Source: Lama guanicoe
Lineage: Eukaryota
Assembly: GCA_013239625.1 (NCBI GenBank)
Contig: MU055488.1
Location: forward strand, 219,882-283,881
Direction of reading: 5' to 3'
Length of the DNA: 64,000 bases
Shown piece by piece: positions 41,792 to 53,945 of the stretch (the stretch's first letter is position 1; the number at the start of each line of letters is the position of its first letter). The position numbers and the translations under genes were made by a program. The notes beneath the pieces were generated by a model. It had not been told where the DNA came from, did no database searches, and saw only the letters and a list, made by a program, of their open reading frames with translations.

Positions 41792-44700
41792 CTGCAACGG
41801 GGAAGCAGAGCTTAGTGTCAGGACGCGGGTGGGCGGGCTGACCGAGACCAGCCTGTGTCCCCCGGAGCCACTGAGGACTGGGAGCAGAGGCCCCTGCAGC
41901 ACAGAGGCTGCCCCACTCCTGGGGCAGGTTTGAGACGAGCCTCATCGGAGCCCCAGCTGCTGCGCCAACGGCTTCTGTTCCCTCAAGTCTGGCCGAGGGC
42001 GTGTGTTCAGTGGAGGGTCTAGTGTCAGTTCTGAGCATACCTGTAATCCTCTTTTCGGGAACCTTTAGCCCGTGATCTGAGGCCTCAGATGCCAGGAGGC
42101 TGTGGATCGAGCAGGCTGGGTGGCTGTCGGGGTCCTGCCCCATCCGTGTGCCTATCGCCCTGCTGGCCTGACGGCTCTACCATGACCTGTGCGGCCAGGC
42201 TCGTGCGTGTGTGACACTCACATTCAGTGCAAGAGAAGTGTGACTGTAACATTCCGCACATCTGCCCTATTCAGTCACAGTGCTCGGTTCTACCAGGGAG
42301 TATTCAAAAACGTGGTTCCACCTTCCTGCTTCTAAGTTCACATGTGGAAAGTCCGCTTTCTTGGTCTGTGGCATGTGTGTTGTCCAGACACAGATGTGGT
42401 GCTATTTGGGTGACTGTGCGCCTGCGAGTGCCCCGAGTTCTTACTCACTGCCACGTTTCTGCGGCTCACCTCGTGAATGGCGTGGTTGGTCCCCGCTTGG
42501 CCAGGAGGCCTGGATGTGTGTGGACTGCTGAGAGCACTGTGGGCCCGGGAGCCTGCCTGCCGTTCTTGGCCACACCTGCAATGGCAAAACCACATCTCTG
42601 CAGCCCTCGTGGTCAGGGTGAAGCTGCGGTGAGTGGTGCCAGGCCTGCTGGATCCTGAGGCCTTCCCCCTGCAGTAGGGGCTGCGGAGTTGCCTCCCCCT
42701 GGGGCTTCCTGTCCCTGCCCACCCGCCAGGCTTAACAGGGGTTCTCAGCCTGGGTTCCCTTCAGAGGTGGCCCTGCACACCCCACGGCTTGCCCTCTGCC
42801 GCACACCCTGAAGCTGAGAACAAAGACGTGAGGTCTGGGAGGATCTCCGCAGCCGGGTGCGGCTGCATGTCCTGGACCAGCCCATGGGGTGACTGCGTCT
42901 TAGAGAAAGCCTGTGGGTGGGGAGGGCTGGGGGCGGGCCAGGAATCAAGGCTGGCACTTTAATTTGCATTAAAAATGTAGAAAGGATCTGGCTTCTAAAT
43001 ATTTTCAAACAGCTTAAAAATAAAGTTAAAAGGAAATAGTTTAAGAACTTCTCAGCGGTGGTTGTGCTGTAAGGAATGAGCAGATACGGTCAGTCCTGAG
43101 TCTTGTGAAATTGTGTGTGCAAAGCGTCACCTTCTAGACATTGGGTTGGTTAAAACATTCGGCTGGAAAGCAGCCTTTTAAAAATAGATAAATATGCACT
43201 GGAAATCTAAGAGACTCATTTCACAAAATGAAACAGTTACCTTTAACTGCGTCTCTCCCGCGTCCCACACATGGAGATGAGGTCATGGGTAGTTTGCGGG
43301 AGGGTGAGAACGCTGCGGAGTGGGGTTTTAATTTCACTGGGGTATCTTAAATTCTGAGAAAGCCATCCGATTTTCTTCTCAGCAAACTGGTTTCTCTACT
43401 CAACTATACATATTTCTTAAAAACACAAAAACCTCTCTCCCCCAACAGACTGCTCTGTTTTATCACCAGCTTGCTCAAAGATGTGTTTCTTTCCTCGGAG
43501 GTGGCCGGGGGGGTCCTGCAGCCTCTGCTGTGCGGGAGTTTCTGCAGAGCAGGGTGCTCAGGCACGTATTTTGGAAGAGAAATGAGATTGTTGGCTGCCC
43601 CCCGGCCTCCTTGCAGGTGTTTGTTGGCAGGGTGTGGGGTGGACAGAGGCCTGGCTGGGGCACCTGGTGCCTGGCTGTGCACCCCGCCCCCCAAGCCCCA
43701 CACAGACAGTTAAACCTGTGCTCATGGCTCTGCGTCTTACTAACTTCCCTACTTGTAAAGGGAGAACGTGAAATCATGCTCTATGAGTTCATTCCTTGCC
43801 TTGAGGGGCAGGTATGCCCTGGGCTATAAAAGCACCATCTCCTTGCCTCCCTTCAGGAAGCGACTTCAGCCAGCGCGGGGCCAGCCCGGTACGTCAGGGC
43901 GGCCTGTGCTGGCACGTCTCCTCATGCTCCCTGGTTCTGAAGGCGTGAGAACCTCTGCAAGTCAGGTTCCCATGATTGCACAGGATGTGTTACGGCGGAG
44001 ATCTGAATGCGGGTGATTTCATCACTAGCTGGGAGCACCAGGATCAAAATGATGACAGCTGCGAAACGTTTATCAAGTGTGAGCCCGCGTCTGGTGATAC
44101 CGGGAGAGGACGCAGACACACCCCTCCAGCGCCCAGACCGCGTGAGCGCTGAATGAACCAGAAATCCCCTCGGGATTTAAGCCAGCAGTGCCGCCAGCTC
44201 TCGGAGCTGGTACTTCCAGGCAGAAATTTAAGTCAACCCACTTTGATTCCATTTTCTCGGTGGTTTATAGGAGGCAAATAATACCTGAGTTACCACAGCA
44301 TTACCCAAAAGAGTTGTTTGGGAAATTATTGCTTTTATGTTAATATGTACTTTTTTCAGTCCAGTGGTGCCCACAGTTTTGGACTGAACTTTCTGTTCCT
44401 TGGTCAGTTAGGTTGCAGGCACAGCAAACAGGTTTTCAGGGGATGGTTTCCTTGTGCCCGTGTTCTGGGAGGTGAGTGTTCTGGGGTGTGATTGATGGAG
44501 TCTCAGGAGCGGTAGTTTCAGTAGCTTTGAGTAAACTGACCTCAGGGTTGCAGTTTGCTAATTGAAACAAGGGAGCACAGCTGCTTCAGGTGCTGGTGGA
44601 GGCGTCGGGTTCACTTGGTCATAAGAAGGCAACAGTGTTGGAGAGGGAGGTGGGGTAAGCTTCCAGGGGGACGCCTTCTAGGTGAGGTCTGCAAGGGTGA

Positions 44701-45007
44701 GGGAGCCTCCCCACCTACAGGGACAGGGTTTGCGACCTGGTCAGTTTACATCTGCCAGGCTGGCTGCTTGCTGGCAGCGGAAAAAGGGTGTCATTGCCAA
44801 AACAATAAATCCGGAACTTTAACTGTTTGTAGTTAAGTGTGGATTAGCAATAGACATGAGGTTTTCCTGAAGGTGGTAAGAGGTGCTTCACTGTCCTCGC
44901 CCTGGGTGGTACATGTCTGGAGGGGTGCCTCCACGTTCACACAGTGGCCCTGGGTTTGTCTTTCCTTGGAGAACTGCGGTGTTAGCATGTTTTAAAATTC
45001 AGGTGTT

Positions 45008-45142
45008 GGGGAGGGTACAGCTCAGTGGTGGAGCGTGTGCCTAGCATGCACGAGGTCCTAGGTTCAGTCCTCAGTACCTCCATTAAAAACAAGTAAATAA
45101 AATAAAGCTAATTGCCTCCCCCCAAAAAGATTAATTAAAAAA
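45008..45142 (+). mobile_element. tRNA-derived SINE (Vic-1-like)
   Basis: GGGGAGGGTACAGCTCAGTGGTGGAGC...GGTCCTAGGTTCAGTCC with an A tail. TSD aaaattcag(g/a)tgtt at 44994-45007 and 45143-45156, at a TTT/AAAA L1-endonuclease site. Confidence 0.9.
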
Positions 45143-46779
45143 AAAATTCAGATGTTAGCCTAACCCTAAAGGGATGTTTACGTGGCAGTATTTTTCACCC
45201 TTGTGCGTCCCGCTGGGTCGGAGCCCTGCTTGTCGCACGCCTTCCCACAGCTCGGGCAGGGGTGCTGGCCTGGAACACGGGAGTGGGTCTCTGCCGGGCT
45301 CAAGGGTGGCAGGCGGGCCCTGGGAGCCGCGTCAGGCCCAGCAGCAGGTGTGGCGTCCACGCTGCAGGGGAGGGTGTGGGGAGCCTGAGCTGCCTTCGTT
45401 TCGGACACCCCCTTTGAGCTCTGCCAGCCTCTGCCTTGCTCAGCCCTTGGGGCCGGGAGTCGGGGCGCCAGGCCCGCACAGCACTCCAAGCGGCCTGCAG
45501 TTTCGGGGTCCACAAAGCACCAACTGGCAGTGACTGAATGGCTTCCTAAGTGTGGACAGTTCACGGGGTTGCCAGCTGTTCAGGCAGCCGTGAGTGGCTG
45601 GCACGGCTAACAGGGCTCTGAGGAGCCTGAGCTCTGGGAACTGGGCGGGAGAGAGGCTTCTTCCTAGCTTCGATGGGACACAGTGGAGGTAATTGCAGCT
45701 TAACTTTACAGGGCACTGCTGTGACGTGCCGGGGAGCTATGCTTGTCATGCGTGCTGACCTCTGGGCTGAAGTTGTGCTGCAATATTCCTCTCGGGGGTG
45801 TCCAGCTGCCTGGCAGGCCGCCTCACAGGTGGAGCGTTTTGAAGGGCACACTATAATTACAATATTGTGATGTGGCGTTATTGCGTAACTCAAGGACACG
45901 CCATTGTCGCCTACCTACTGGGGTGTCGCAAGAACGAGATTTGTGAGTTTTACTCCAGTTGCGCTTTTCCAGTGATTAACCACCCCTCCCTCCCAGACTT
46001 TCGGTTCTTTGAATTTAAGGGTAAACTGAAAGACAGCCGTAACCTAGGGAAAGACAGTGTTCTGGGGCACCGTTTGGAAGACTGACTCCAGGAAGCAGCC
46101 AGGGGCTAGCTCTGGCTCCGGCCAAGATCCAGACTTTAGACACAAGCGCCCAGCAGTCAACGCACACGGCGGTAACATTCGAATGGTGGTCAGTCCCCAG
46201 AGCCAGAGCCAGAGCTCAAAGCTCACCCCGCCTCCTGCTCTTTATCCTCACGAATTAATGCTTAGAAGCAAGCGCTGGAAGGACTTTGTGAACACAAAGT
46301 AAAAATCAGGGTAACAGACGCAGACAGATGTCCATGAAATGAAGTCTGACGCCAGTCAAATCTGACCAGTAGTTTGGTCGATAATTATTTTCCTAGAGAA
46401 ACGTGAACTTTGTAAGGTTAACAAAACCCCTTCTTGTGTATGTAGGGATTCTCTCTAGCCAAGGGTTTTTTGTTGTTGTTGTTAAGCTTATGTCAAAAGA
46501 GTACTTATTTTAAACTCAAAAGATTCTAAAATTAAAGATTTATAAGTCAAAATCAGCAACTGTCTTATTGCACATACATCTGATTCCTTTATGGAAATTT
46601 ATTGTAGTTGACTTTTAAGGTGAGAAACAGACACAGTAACATAAACTTACAGATTTGAGCTTTGGTTTAAATCTTATGAATTCTGTGGTAGAAACGAGGA
46701 CCGAATACCCAGATAAGCTTGTTTGCGCTCCTAGAGTAAAGGGTAAGGCTTATGAGGAGTTCTGTGACAGAGGCACCTG

Positions 46780-47520
46780 CTGGGTCCTGAGCAGCCGGGG
46801 AGCGAGGAGAGGGCGCTCCCCGCAGGGCGGCTGCCGGGACCCTGCGCGGGAGGAGGCGCCCTGCGGGGCCGCGACTCCGAGGGAAAACGCGCGCTGAGCG
46901 GAGCGGTACTCACCGGCGGCCGGCGGCCGGCGCGGGCGGCGGGCGGCGGGCGGCGGGCGCGGAGCCGGACCTGCTCTCCCGCGCGCTCCCCGGAGACTGG
47001 GGCGGCCGCGCCAGGGGGCGGGATTTAAGGGCGGGAGCCGAGCCCTCGGGGCGTAGAGATGCACCTGATATTCCCTCCGCCCGCAGCTACGATTCGTATG
47101 TGCGCACCCGCCGCGCTGCCGCCCCGCGCCGCTGCCTCTGGGCGCGGGGCCGGGCGGGGGGTGGGGGTCCAGGCGCCCGGAAGGGTCCCCCCACCTCCCC
47201 TCCCCTCCCCCTCGTGCGCCGTGGACCCCAGTCTGGGGGGAGCGCGTCTCCTGGCGCGGAGGCCGCCGCCCGTTCCTCCCCGAGGGTCGCGCGGAGCCCG
47301 TGTCCCCCTCCCGCCCCGGCCCTCCTGCCCGGCGTAGGGTGGGGGCAGCCTGGGCGCCTCGGGACCTGCCGCCGCACGCCCGCCGCCCGCCGCCCGGGAC
47401 GCGCTTCCTCGCTGTTCCCGGCGAATAACCGAGACTCCGGGCAAGCGATTCGCAGCCCTACTCGCCCAGGGCCGCGATGCCCCCGGCGCCTCCGAGGGTG
47501 CGGGCGAGGCAGGTGTGCCC
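46780..47520 (-). promoter_or_regulatory. Intronic CpG island; candidate ZNF750 promoter with non-coding first exon about 46998->46914
   Basis: CpG-dense. On the minus strand, TTAAAT begins at 47028, initiator CCAGTCT has its A at 46998, and donor CCG|GTGAGT is at 46913. GC boxes flank the TATA-like element. Confidence 0.6.
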
Positions 47521-49349
47521 GCCTGTGCCAGGGTGGGCCTGCCCAACCCGGTGCCTTTTATTTAGTTTTTCAGTTTAAGCTTAAGATTTTACTTGGCTTT
47601 GCCATTATATTGAATTAAAAAAAAAGTTTTAGTTGCTTTTGCCCAAATTAGACGTGTTGTACATCGTTCAGGGAGTGAAAAATAGTTCTGAGTCTTGTCG
47701 CAGGAAACAGCGACTCCTGCCCCCTCGCCCCTGCTGGTGTCCCACCTGTGACCAGAGGTTTAAACCCACTGCCCACGTTATGCTCTCGCGATTTGGGGGA
47801 CCGGAGTCGGGCCTCTGCTGGGCCATCCTGTGTCTGCAGCTTGGTGGGCACTCACCTGCCTCGTGTCCCGGGGCAGCAGGGTCCTCCTCCTCCCCTTGGC
47901 TTCACTCCAGAGGCCTCTCTGGACGGTGGTCAGCCTCACTCACTCGGGACTCAAAGGAGCCCACAGCAGAGGCTCCCAGTCCTCCGAGAGGCCGGATAGG
48001 GAGCTGTTCCCAGCACCTCCTTGTCACACCTGACTCCGGGTTTGAGGGGGGCGGGCCCCACCTCTCAGTGGGAGGGTGCGGCTGGCTGCTCCCTCCCATC
48101 CTCCATCGGGAGCCCCACTAGACCTTTACTCCGGGCGAGGGTTTTGGTATTTGCCTCTTGTCATCCAAATGCATCACTGTCGCTAGTTTTGTTCCCTCCG
48201 CCCACCTTGCTGCTCCTGGGTTTGGGTGTTGTCTGCGCTGCCCTTGATGGGAAATGAGAGTGTAGCTCTCTGGCACCTCTGCCTCCACTCCTGCCTGCCC
48301 CATCACCCGAGGTTTCCTCCACCAGTTCCCTGCACTGGGGGCCAGGTCTCCCGGACCCCACATCGTCCCCTCTCTGCTGGTCCTTCGGGCGTGAAGCACG
48401 GCGTTTTCATGGAGTCCTGAGAGCGCAGGAGAGGCGTCTGGAGACCCTGAAGGACTGGAGTGTCTGTTTCCTCCCCTCCTACCTAGTTGATGGTCCAGCT
48501 GGGTGTAGAGCCCTAGGCCATGTCAGTGTTTTGAAAGTGTCCTGGTTGCACGTGGCTTTCAGTGCTGCTGCTGTGAAGTGTGGTGCGGCTCTGATGCTGA
48601 CTCTGCCTCTAGCATTTTCACTCGAGACAGTTCAAACGTATAGATGAGTTGAAAGAACGTGGCGGTGAACGCTCACACCAGGATTCCGCCATGAACATTC
48701 TCCTGCTCTGCCTCACGGCCCCCACGCCCCCACCCCTCATCCACATGCTCATCCGTCTTACTGATTTGCTGTGTGTCAGTCGGTAGCAGACACCACTCAT
48801 TTTACCCTGAACGCTTCAGCAGACGTATCATGAACTGTTCCCACTTCCTCTCGCACAGGTAGGATTTACCTGTGGTGAGGGCACAGGGCCCTGAGTCTGG
48901 AGCGCTCCCCGGTCAGAAAGTGGAACATTCTGGTCGCTACACCAGGCGGCTGGGTTGCTTTCCGTCACAGATTATTTACACCTGTTGTAGGATTTTGGTC
49001 TAAATGGTGATTCCTGGTTCTGCATGGGCCGCCACTTCTCTCCTGCAGGCTTTCTCTGCCCTCCGTGTTCTCGCCTTCCTAAACTGTCCCTTCCTACCCT
49101 TTCTTTTCTGCTATTAGGAGTTTTGGTTTCCAAGAATTCCTTCTTGTTCTCTGAGTGTTCCTTTTGTAGTGTCTTATTCTTATTTGGTAGCTGCAATAGC
49201 TTCTCTTACTCCCCTGAGAATTTTAATGATGGCTTTTTGGCAGGTGGCGTGGTTCTCCCTGCAGGGTCTCCATTTCTTCCACAAAGGACTTCTGTTTTCT
49301 TTCACCTGCTTATATCGCCAGAGAGTTCACTGTCTTAGCGGGCAGGGGG

Positions 49350-49760
49350 TTAGGCACCTGTTGGGTGTCTCTAGGTGTAAGGCTTTGTGCTAAAATTCTG
49401 TCTTCATTAATCCGTTTAATCACTGCAACAACTCTTCGAGTGGAAATGATCATTCGCCCAGTTTGCAGAGTCAAACAGCACAGAGAGGGCAAGTAACTTG
49501 GCTGAGGCCACCCAGCCTGAAGGGTGACAGAGTCTAGTGGGAGGGCTGCCCTGGGGGAGGGGTGCTCATGGCCCAGTAGGGTGGGGGGCCCCTGCTCTCT
49601 GGCTGGGCTGCGCACTTGAGTTTTGGCTCAGTTCTTTCCTCCTCCGGTGACCTGGGGCAGTTCCTTGACCTGGGCCTCAGCCTTCTCCTCTGTAGAAGGT
49701 GCCCTGGAGGCCTTGACTCGTGGAGTTCCCCTTGGGACCTGATGGGTTAATCACAGCATC
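49350..49760. mobile_element. Two MIR fragments in opposite orientation
   Basis: tttaatcactgcaacaactct...cccagtttgcagag...aagtaacttggctgaggccaccca (minus orientation) and gtgacctggggcagttccttgacc...gcctcagccttctcctctgtagaa (plus orientation). Confidence 0.55.
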
Positions 49761-51567
49761 CCACAGGATTGCATTTGTATGGTGGGAATGGTCTGCGTCA
49801 CAAGACAAAACGTCTTTGATGAAGGAAACAGATCACTTACATTTTAGACCTTAGACATGAATACAAGGCAATTTTTACTGTTCACACTCCTCTTGGTGCT
49901 GCACCTGGTGGGAGGGAGAGGGCGACAGAAAGTCCATGAAAAGTTCAAGACGTGATTTCAGTTTCCCTGACTTTGGTCACTGTCGGGCAGTCAGCCCCAC
50001 CAGCTGCCATGCCTTCTGAGAAGTCGATTCCTCATGGCCCCGGCCCCAGGGAGGGCACTGGGGACCGCTCCTGAGGCCAAGGGGCACCTTGCTGCCCAGA
50101 TGGTACCTCGGGGCCACGGGAGAGGTGTCATGGCTCAGGCCAGCAGGCAGGACGCTGCTCCCCTGGGAGGAGGTGGGCAGTGAGGCCGCTGGAGGGAGGG
50201 CAGCTTAACACGTGCACACACCCGCATGTGTGCACACATCCATGTGTACACGTGTGCACGCACTTGCTCACTGAGCCTCAGTTAAGGGCAAGATGGCCGA
50301 GGACAGACGTCTCTCCAGGCTTTGGGCTAGAGTTGAGTCTTGCAGGAGGTTTGGGGCTGAGGTGCCGTGGCGCTGCCCCGGCTCCGTGTACCTCAGGCCT
50401 GTGTGTTCGCTCTTGAGGTCCGCGGTGCTCCTCGGGGTTGCTCGCCTGGACGTGGACGTGGCCTCTTAGAGGGAAGCCCACCCGGGGCACTGGCCCTGGG
50501 GCCGCAGTGTCCGGCCGGGCCCTCTGGCGCTGTGCGTCTTTTTGGGACTTGCCGTGTTTTCACGCTGCCACTTCCGCGCTGGGCCTCGGTGCCGAGGAGG
50601 ATCTTCCCCGCGTCTCTGAGGTCTGTGCTGGCCTGTGGCCTTGGGATCTGCTTACGGAGGGGAGGCTGTGTCCTGGAGGGCCCTCCACTTTCCTGGGGCC
50701 CTTGTGCTGCTCAGAGGTGCTGCCTTGGCCCTGCTCGCCTGTTCCCTGCTCCAGGAGGCTGCCCTGCAAGGGACTGGCTCCTGGGGCCCCAGTGGAGCTG
50801 AGTGTGAAGCTGGGCCCAGGAGGCCCAGTGGGGAGCGCGGGGCGCACGCCAGTCCACGTGGGAGCTGGAACTGGGGTGTCTCTCCCAGGTGAAGCACGTG
50901 GCTTCTCATTAAAAAACATGCTGAAGATGTCAGTGGAGTTTTGCTTCTGGGCAATAGAAATGAAAGTAGAGTTTCTGTGGCCGGCTTGCAAGGTAGGTCG
51001 AGTTGTGTGAGGTGTTCGGGGAGTTTAGTGTCGGCCACTTTACTTCCTCTGATGAGTGAGCGGAGGGCTTCATTGGTAACCGGAAGTCTGAGGTGTGTAA
51101 TGCATTAATTTGCTTGTTACTCCAGTAATGCCACCATTTGAATGTGGAAGTGGAGCTGCTCTGTTTGGAGGGGGCGCACGGGCCCCTTCTTTGGCTGGGC
51201 TGTCCTGTGCCTGGGGCTCCGGAACGGTGGCTGTGCGGCTGCTGGTTTTGGTGTGTGGCCCGTGGGCAGCTTTTGTACCCATGGCTCCCGTGCTCCCCCC
51301 CACCAAGGAAGGTGGAACCTGGTGGAGCTGCGCTGGACCTGGCGCTCCTAGCGCCTCGGGCGCCAGGGCGGAGGAAGGGCCGGGGAGGGATTCTGCGCCT
51401 CTGGGTTTAGAGGGGGCCACGAAGCCCAGCCCCGTGCAATGGGCCCTGCCTTCTGGTCTCAAGTGAAGCCTGAAACCGCGAGCTTCAGCTGGTTTTGTCT
51501 TTGACAGGGAACCTGATTCACGCTGTGAGTCTGGGCCAGGTTCTGAGGGTTCCCACAGCTTTCCTTG

Positions 51568-51650
51568 CCCCTCCCTCCCCTCCCCCTCCCCTTCATTGCC
51601 CCTCCCTCCCCCTCCCCTTCCTCCTTCCCTCCTCTCCTCTTCCCCTCCCC
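51568..51650. repeat. Polypyrimidine (CT-rich) low-complexity tract
   Basis: About 83 nt that are almost entirely C/T, in cccct-type units. Confidence 0.85.
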
Positions 51651-52199
51651 GCAGCAGTGTGCCTGTGTTTTAGGATGCTCACTGATCCCTTCTCAGGCTG
51701 GTTATAATTTGTCTCCTTTTATTGAATTCGTCTTTAAAAGGTGCTTTGTATGTGTCATTTTGGTATGTTCACAGCCACATGCAGAAGTCACTTAGATTGA
51801 ACAAGGACCAGGAAACAAAGTGGCGCACAAATTTCTTTTCCTTTTTTCCTCATGCTGCAGATGACACCAGTGAACGACAGTGAAGAGCCCCCGAGCCCCT
51901 CCCTCACTCTACTTGACTGCACGTCAGTGCCCCACGCTCCGGTCCCTCAGGGCCACCGTCCTGCTCCATCCACAGCGAGAATCCTTCCTCCCTTTACTTC
52001 CAGACATTTGTATCGGTTCTTTTCCAAATCTTCCCCGTTCCCTCGCCGTGGCTTCTGCTCTTCCGTTCACGTGTCTACTGTTGCGAGCCTGCTCTGCGGG
52101 TACTGTCCTTTTACGTCTGTTGTCCCAGGTTCTTGAGCTTCTCATCCTTCAGTTACGTCTGAGACTCTCCCCCGTGTGCCTACTCTTCTTACGTGATTT

Positions 52200-52338
52200 G
52201 TTTTTATTTTCATTTTTTGGTGGGGGGAGGTTTTTAGGTTTACTCATTGATTTATTCTCAGAGCAGGTACTGGGGATTGAACCCAGGACCTCATGCATGC
52301 TAAGCATGCACTCTACCACCTGAGCTATACCCTCCCCC
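52200..52338 (-). mobile_element. tRNA-derived SINE (Vic-1-like)
   Basis: ggtactggggattgaacccaggacctcatgcatgctaagcatgcactctaccacctgagctataccctcccc; TSD 14/17 identical at 52183-52199 and 52339-52355. Confidence 0.9.
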
Positions 52339-53589
52339 CTCTTCTGATGTAATTTAATGTGACCGAGTTTTTCTTCTCCAGACACCCGGGGGATGGCCTG
52401 GCGTAGGCTTCCGCCCCCGCAGGGAGATGTGTGTGGCCCAGGCTGGGGCTCTGACTTCTCGGGGAGTCCTCCCTCTCTTCCAGAGCCCCACTGGCAGCTG
52501 CACTGGCCCTTTCTTTCTCCAGGAGCCCCCGCCTGAGTTTCTGGGAGCTCGGCACGGTCTCAGTGGCCCAAGGCCATGTGTCCTGACTGTGGGTGTTAAA
52601 CCAGACCCTCAGCCAGTAGGGTTGGCGCTGTTCCAGGCCTGCTGTTGGATGTACTTGCTGGAAATAATTGAAGTAACAGTTTGAGGGAGAATCCTCACCT
52701 GAGTGCTTGCTGGGTACTGGACATTGTGATGTGGATCATGCAGACGGGAGGGCAGGGCTCATCTGGAGCCTCGCGCACGACCGCCCTTTTCTCTCCGCAC
52801 TGTGGTGCTGATGGTCCTGCCCGCAGCCACCACTACGCTGCTGCCCTGGCCTCACATGGTGCCTGCTGGGGTGAGCGGGGCCCTCTGCCAGCGGCCTGGT
52901 CCCCGCTGGCTCTGCAGGCAGGTGGGCGACTAGGACGGCGCGTGGCCTCTGGTCTGCTGGCCGCCTGTGGTGCAGGGTCTCCCCCCTCCCCCCCGCAGCT
53001 CCCCGCCCCAGCCCCATATGCTCAGGCGGCCCTGAGGTGACGTGTGCGGGCCCTTCCCCTGTGCCCACATCCTCCAGGTTGGAGGCTGGGAGGTGGGGGG
53101 GGTAGGTTTGGGCGTTGCAGCACCTGCTCCGGGGCCTGCTTGTCCTTGCTGCCCCCTCCCCGTGCCCAGGTCCTGCTGGTACCAGGTCCCACAGCAGAGG
53201 CAGTGGGAACAAGTGTTTGTGACCGGTCACTGGGGCCCTGGCCCCACGTCTGCTGTGACCCCTGGGTGAACGCGTCACTTGGCGTCATCTGTGACTGGCA
53301 CAGGTGCCTGAGCTGTACTGGGGGCCGTGAGAAACAGCAGTCAGTGGGGCGGCAGGGTAAGTGGGCGAATCTGGGGTCCTCCTGAGAGCTCGAAACACTC
53401 CTCTGTCTTGTGAACAGTTCAGTTAGGAGATAAAACAGCGGGAGCCTTGTGTGTATGACTCGGACGACAGAGAAACAGGCCTGGTGCCGTAGGTTCGCAT
53501 CGGGCTCTGCAGCTGCGGCCGGGGGCTCCTTAGACTCAGGAACACTTCCTGGCAAGGCTGTAAAACAGGTCTCAGGACGTTTCAAAGAA

Positions 53590-53840
53590 CCTTGGGTGTT
53601 CAGGCTACATTCTTTGACCAGAGCGCAATGAAATTAGAAGTCAGGTACGGAAAGATAGAAGTGAGACATGAGGTTTTAGTTTGAAAGCTTGTGGGTTTCT
53701 ATGTAACACATGAATCAAAGAAGAAATCTCAATCGAAGTTTTATAATGAAAATTTAAAGACAGAATTGAGCAGTAACAAAATTATATATCAAAGTTTTTG
53801 TGATGCAGCTGATAGTACGCTTCAGGGAAATTTAAAACCT
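53590..53840 (+). mobile_element. Old LINE-1 ORF2 fragment
   Basis: cattctttgaccagagcgcaatgaaattagaagtca...tatcaaagtttttgtgatgcagct...cttcagggaaattta resembles sense L1 ORF2 just after the endonuclease domain. Confidence 0.6.
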
Positions 53841-53844
53841 TAAG

Positions 53845-53945
53845 CAGGAATTGTGAAACTGTGGCCCTCGGGCCCAGTCTGGCCTTGGTCTGTTTTTGTA
53901 CGGCCTTGGAGCCAAGAATGGTTTTTCCTTTTTTAAACATAGTTT
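53845..53945 (+). mobile_element. hAT-Charlie MITE fragment (MER58-like)
   Basis: aaactgtggccctcgggcccagtctggcc...ctgtttttgtacggcc...gccaagaatggttttt. Confidence 0.6.

Noticed and set aside
45008-45080. tRNA genes (also the similar heads near 6500, 37800, 52300 and 56000)
   Set aside because: A/B boxes are present, but these are multi-copy, diverged elements, mostly with A-rich tails and TSDs. They are SINEs.
52293-52311. p53/p63 response element inside the SINE (CATG..CATG)
   Set aside because: The cores are 5 nt apart rather than the canonical 6, and the flanks fit poorly.
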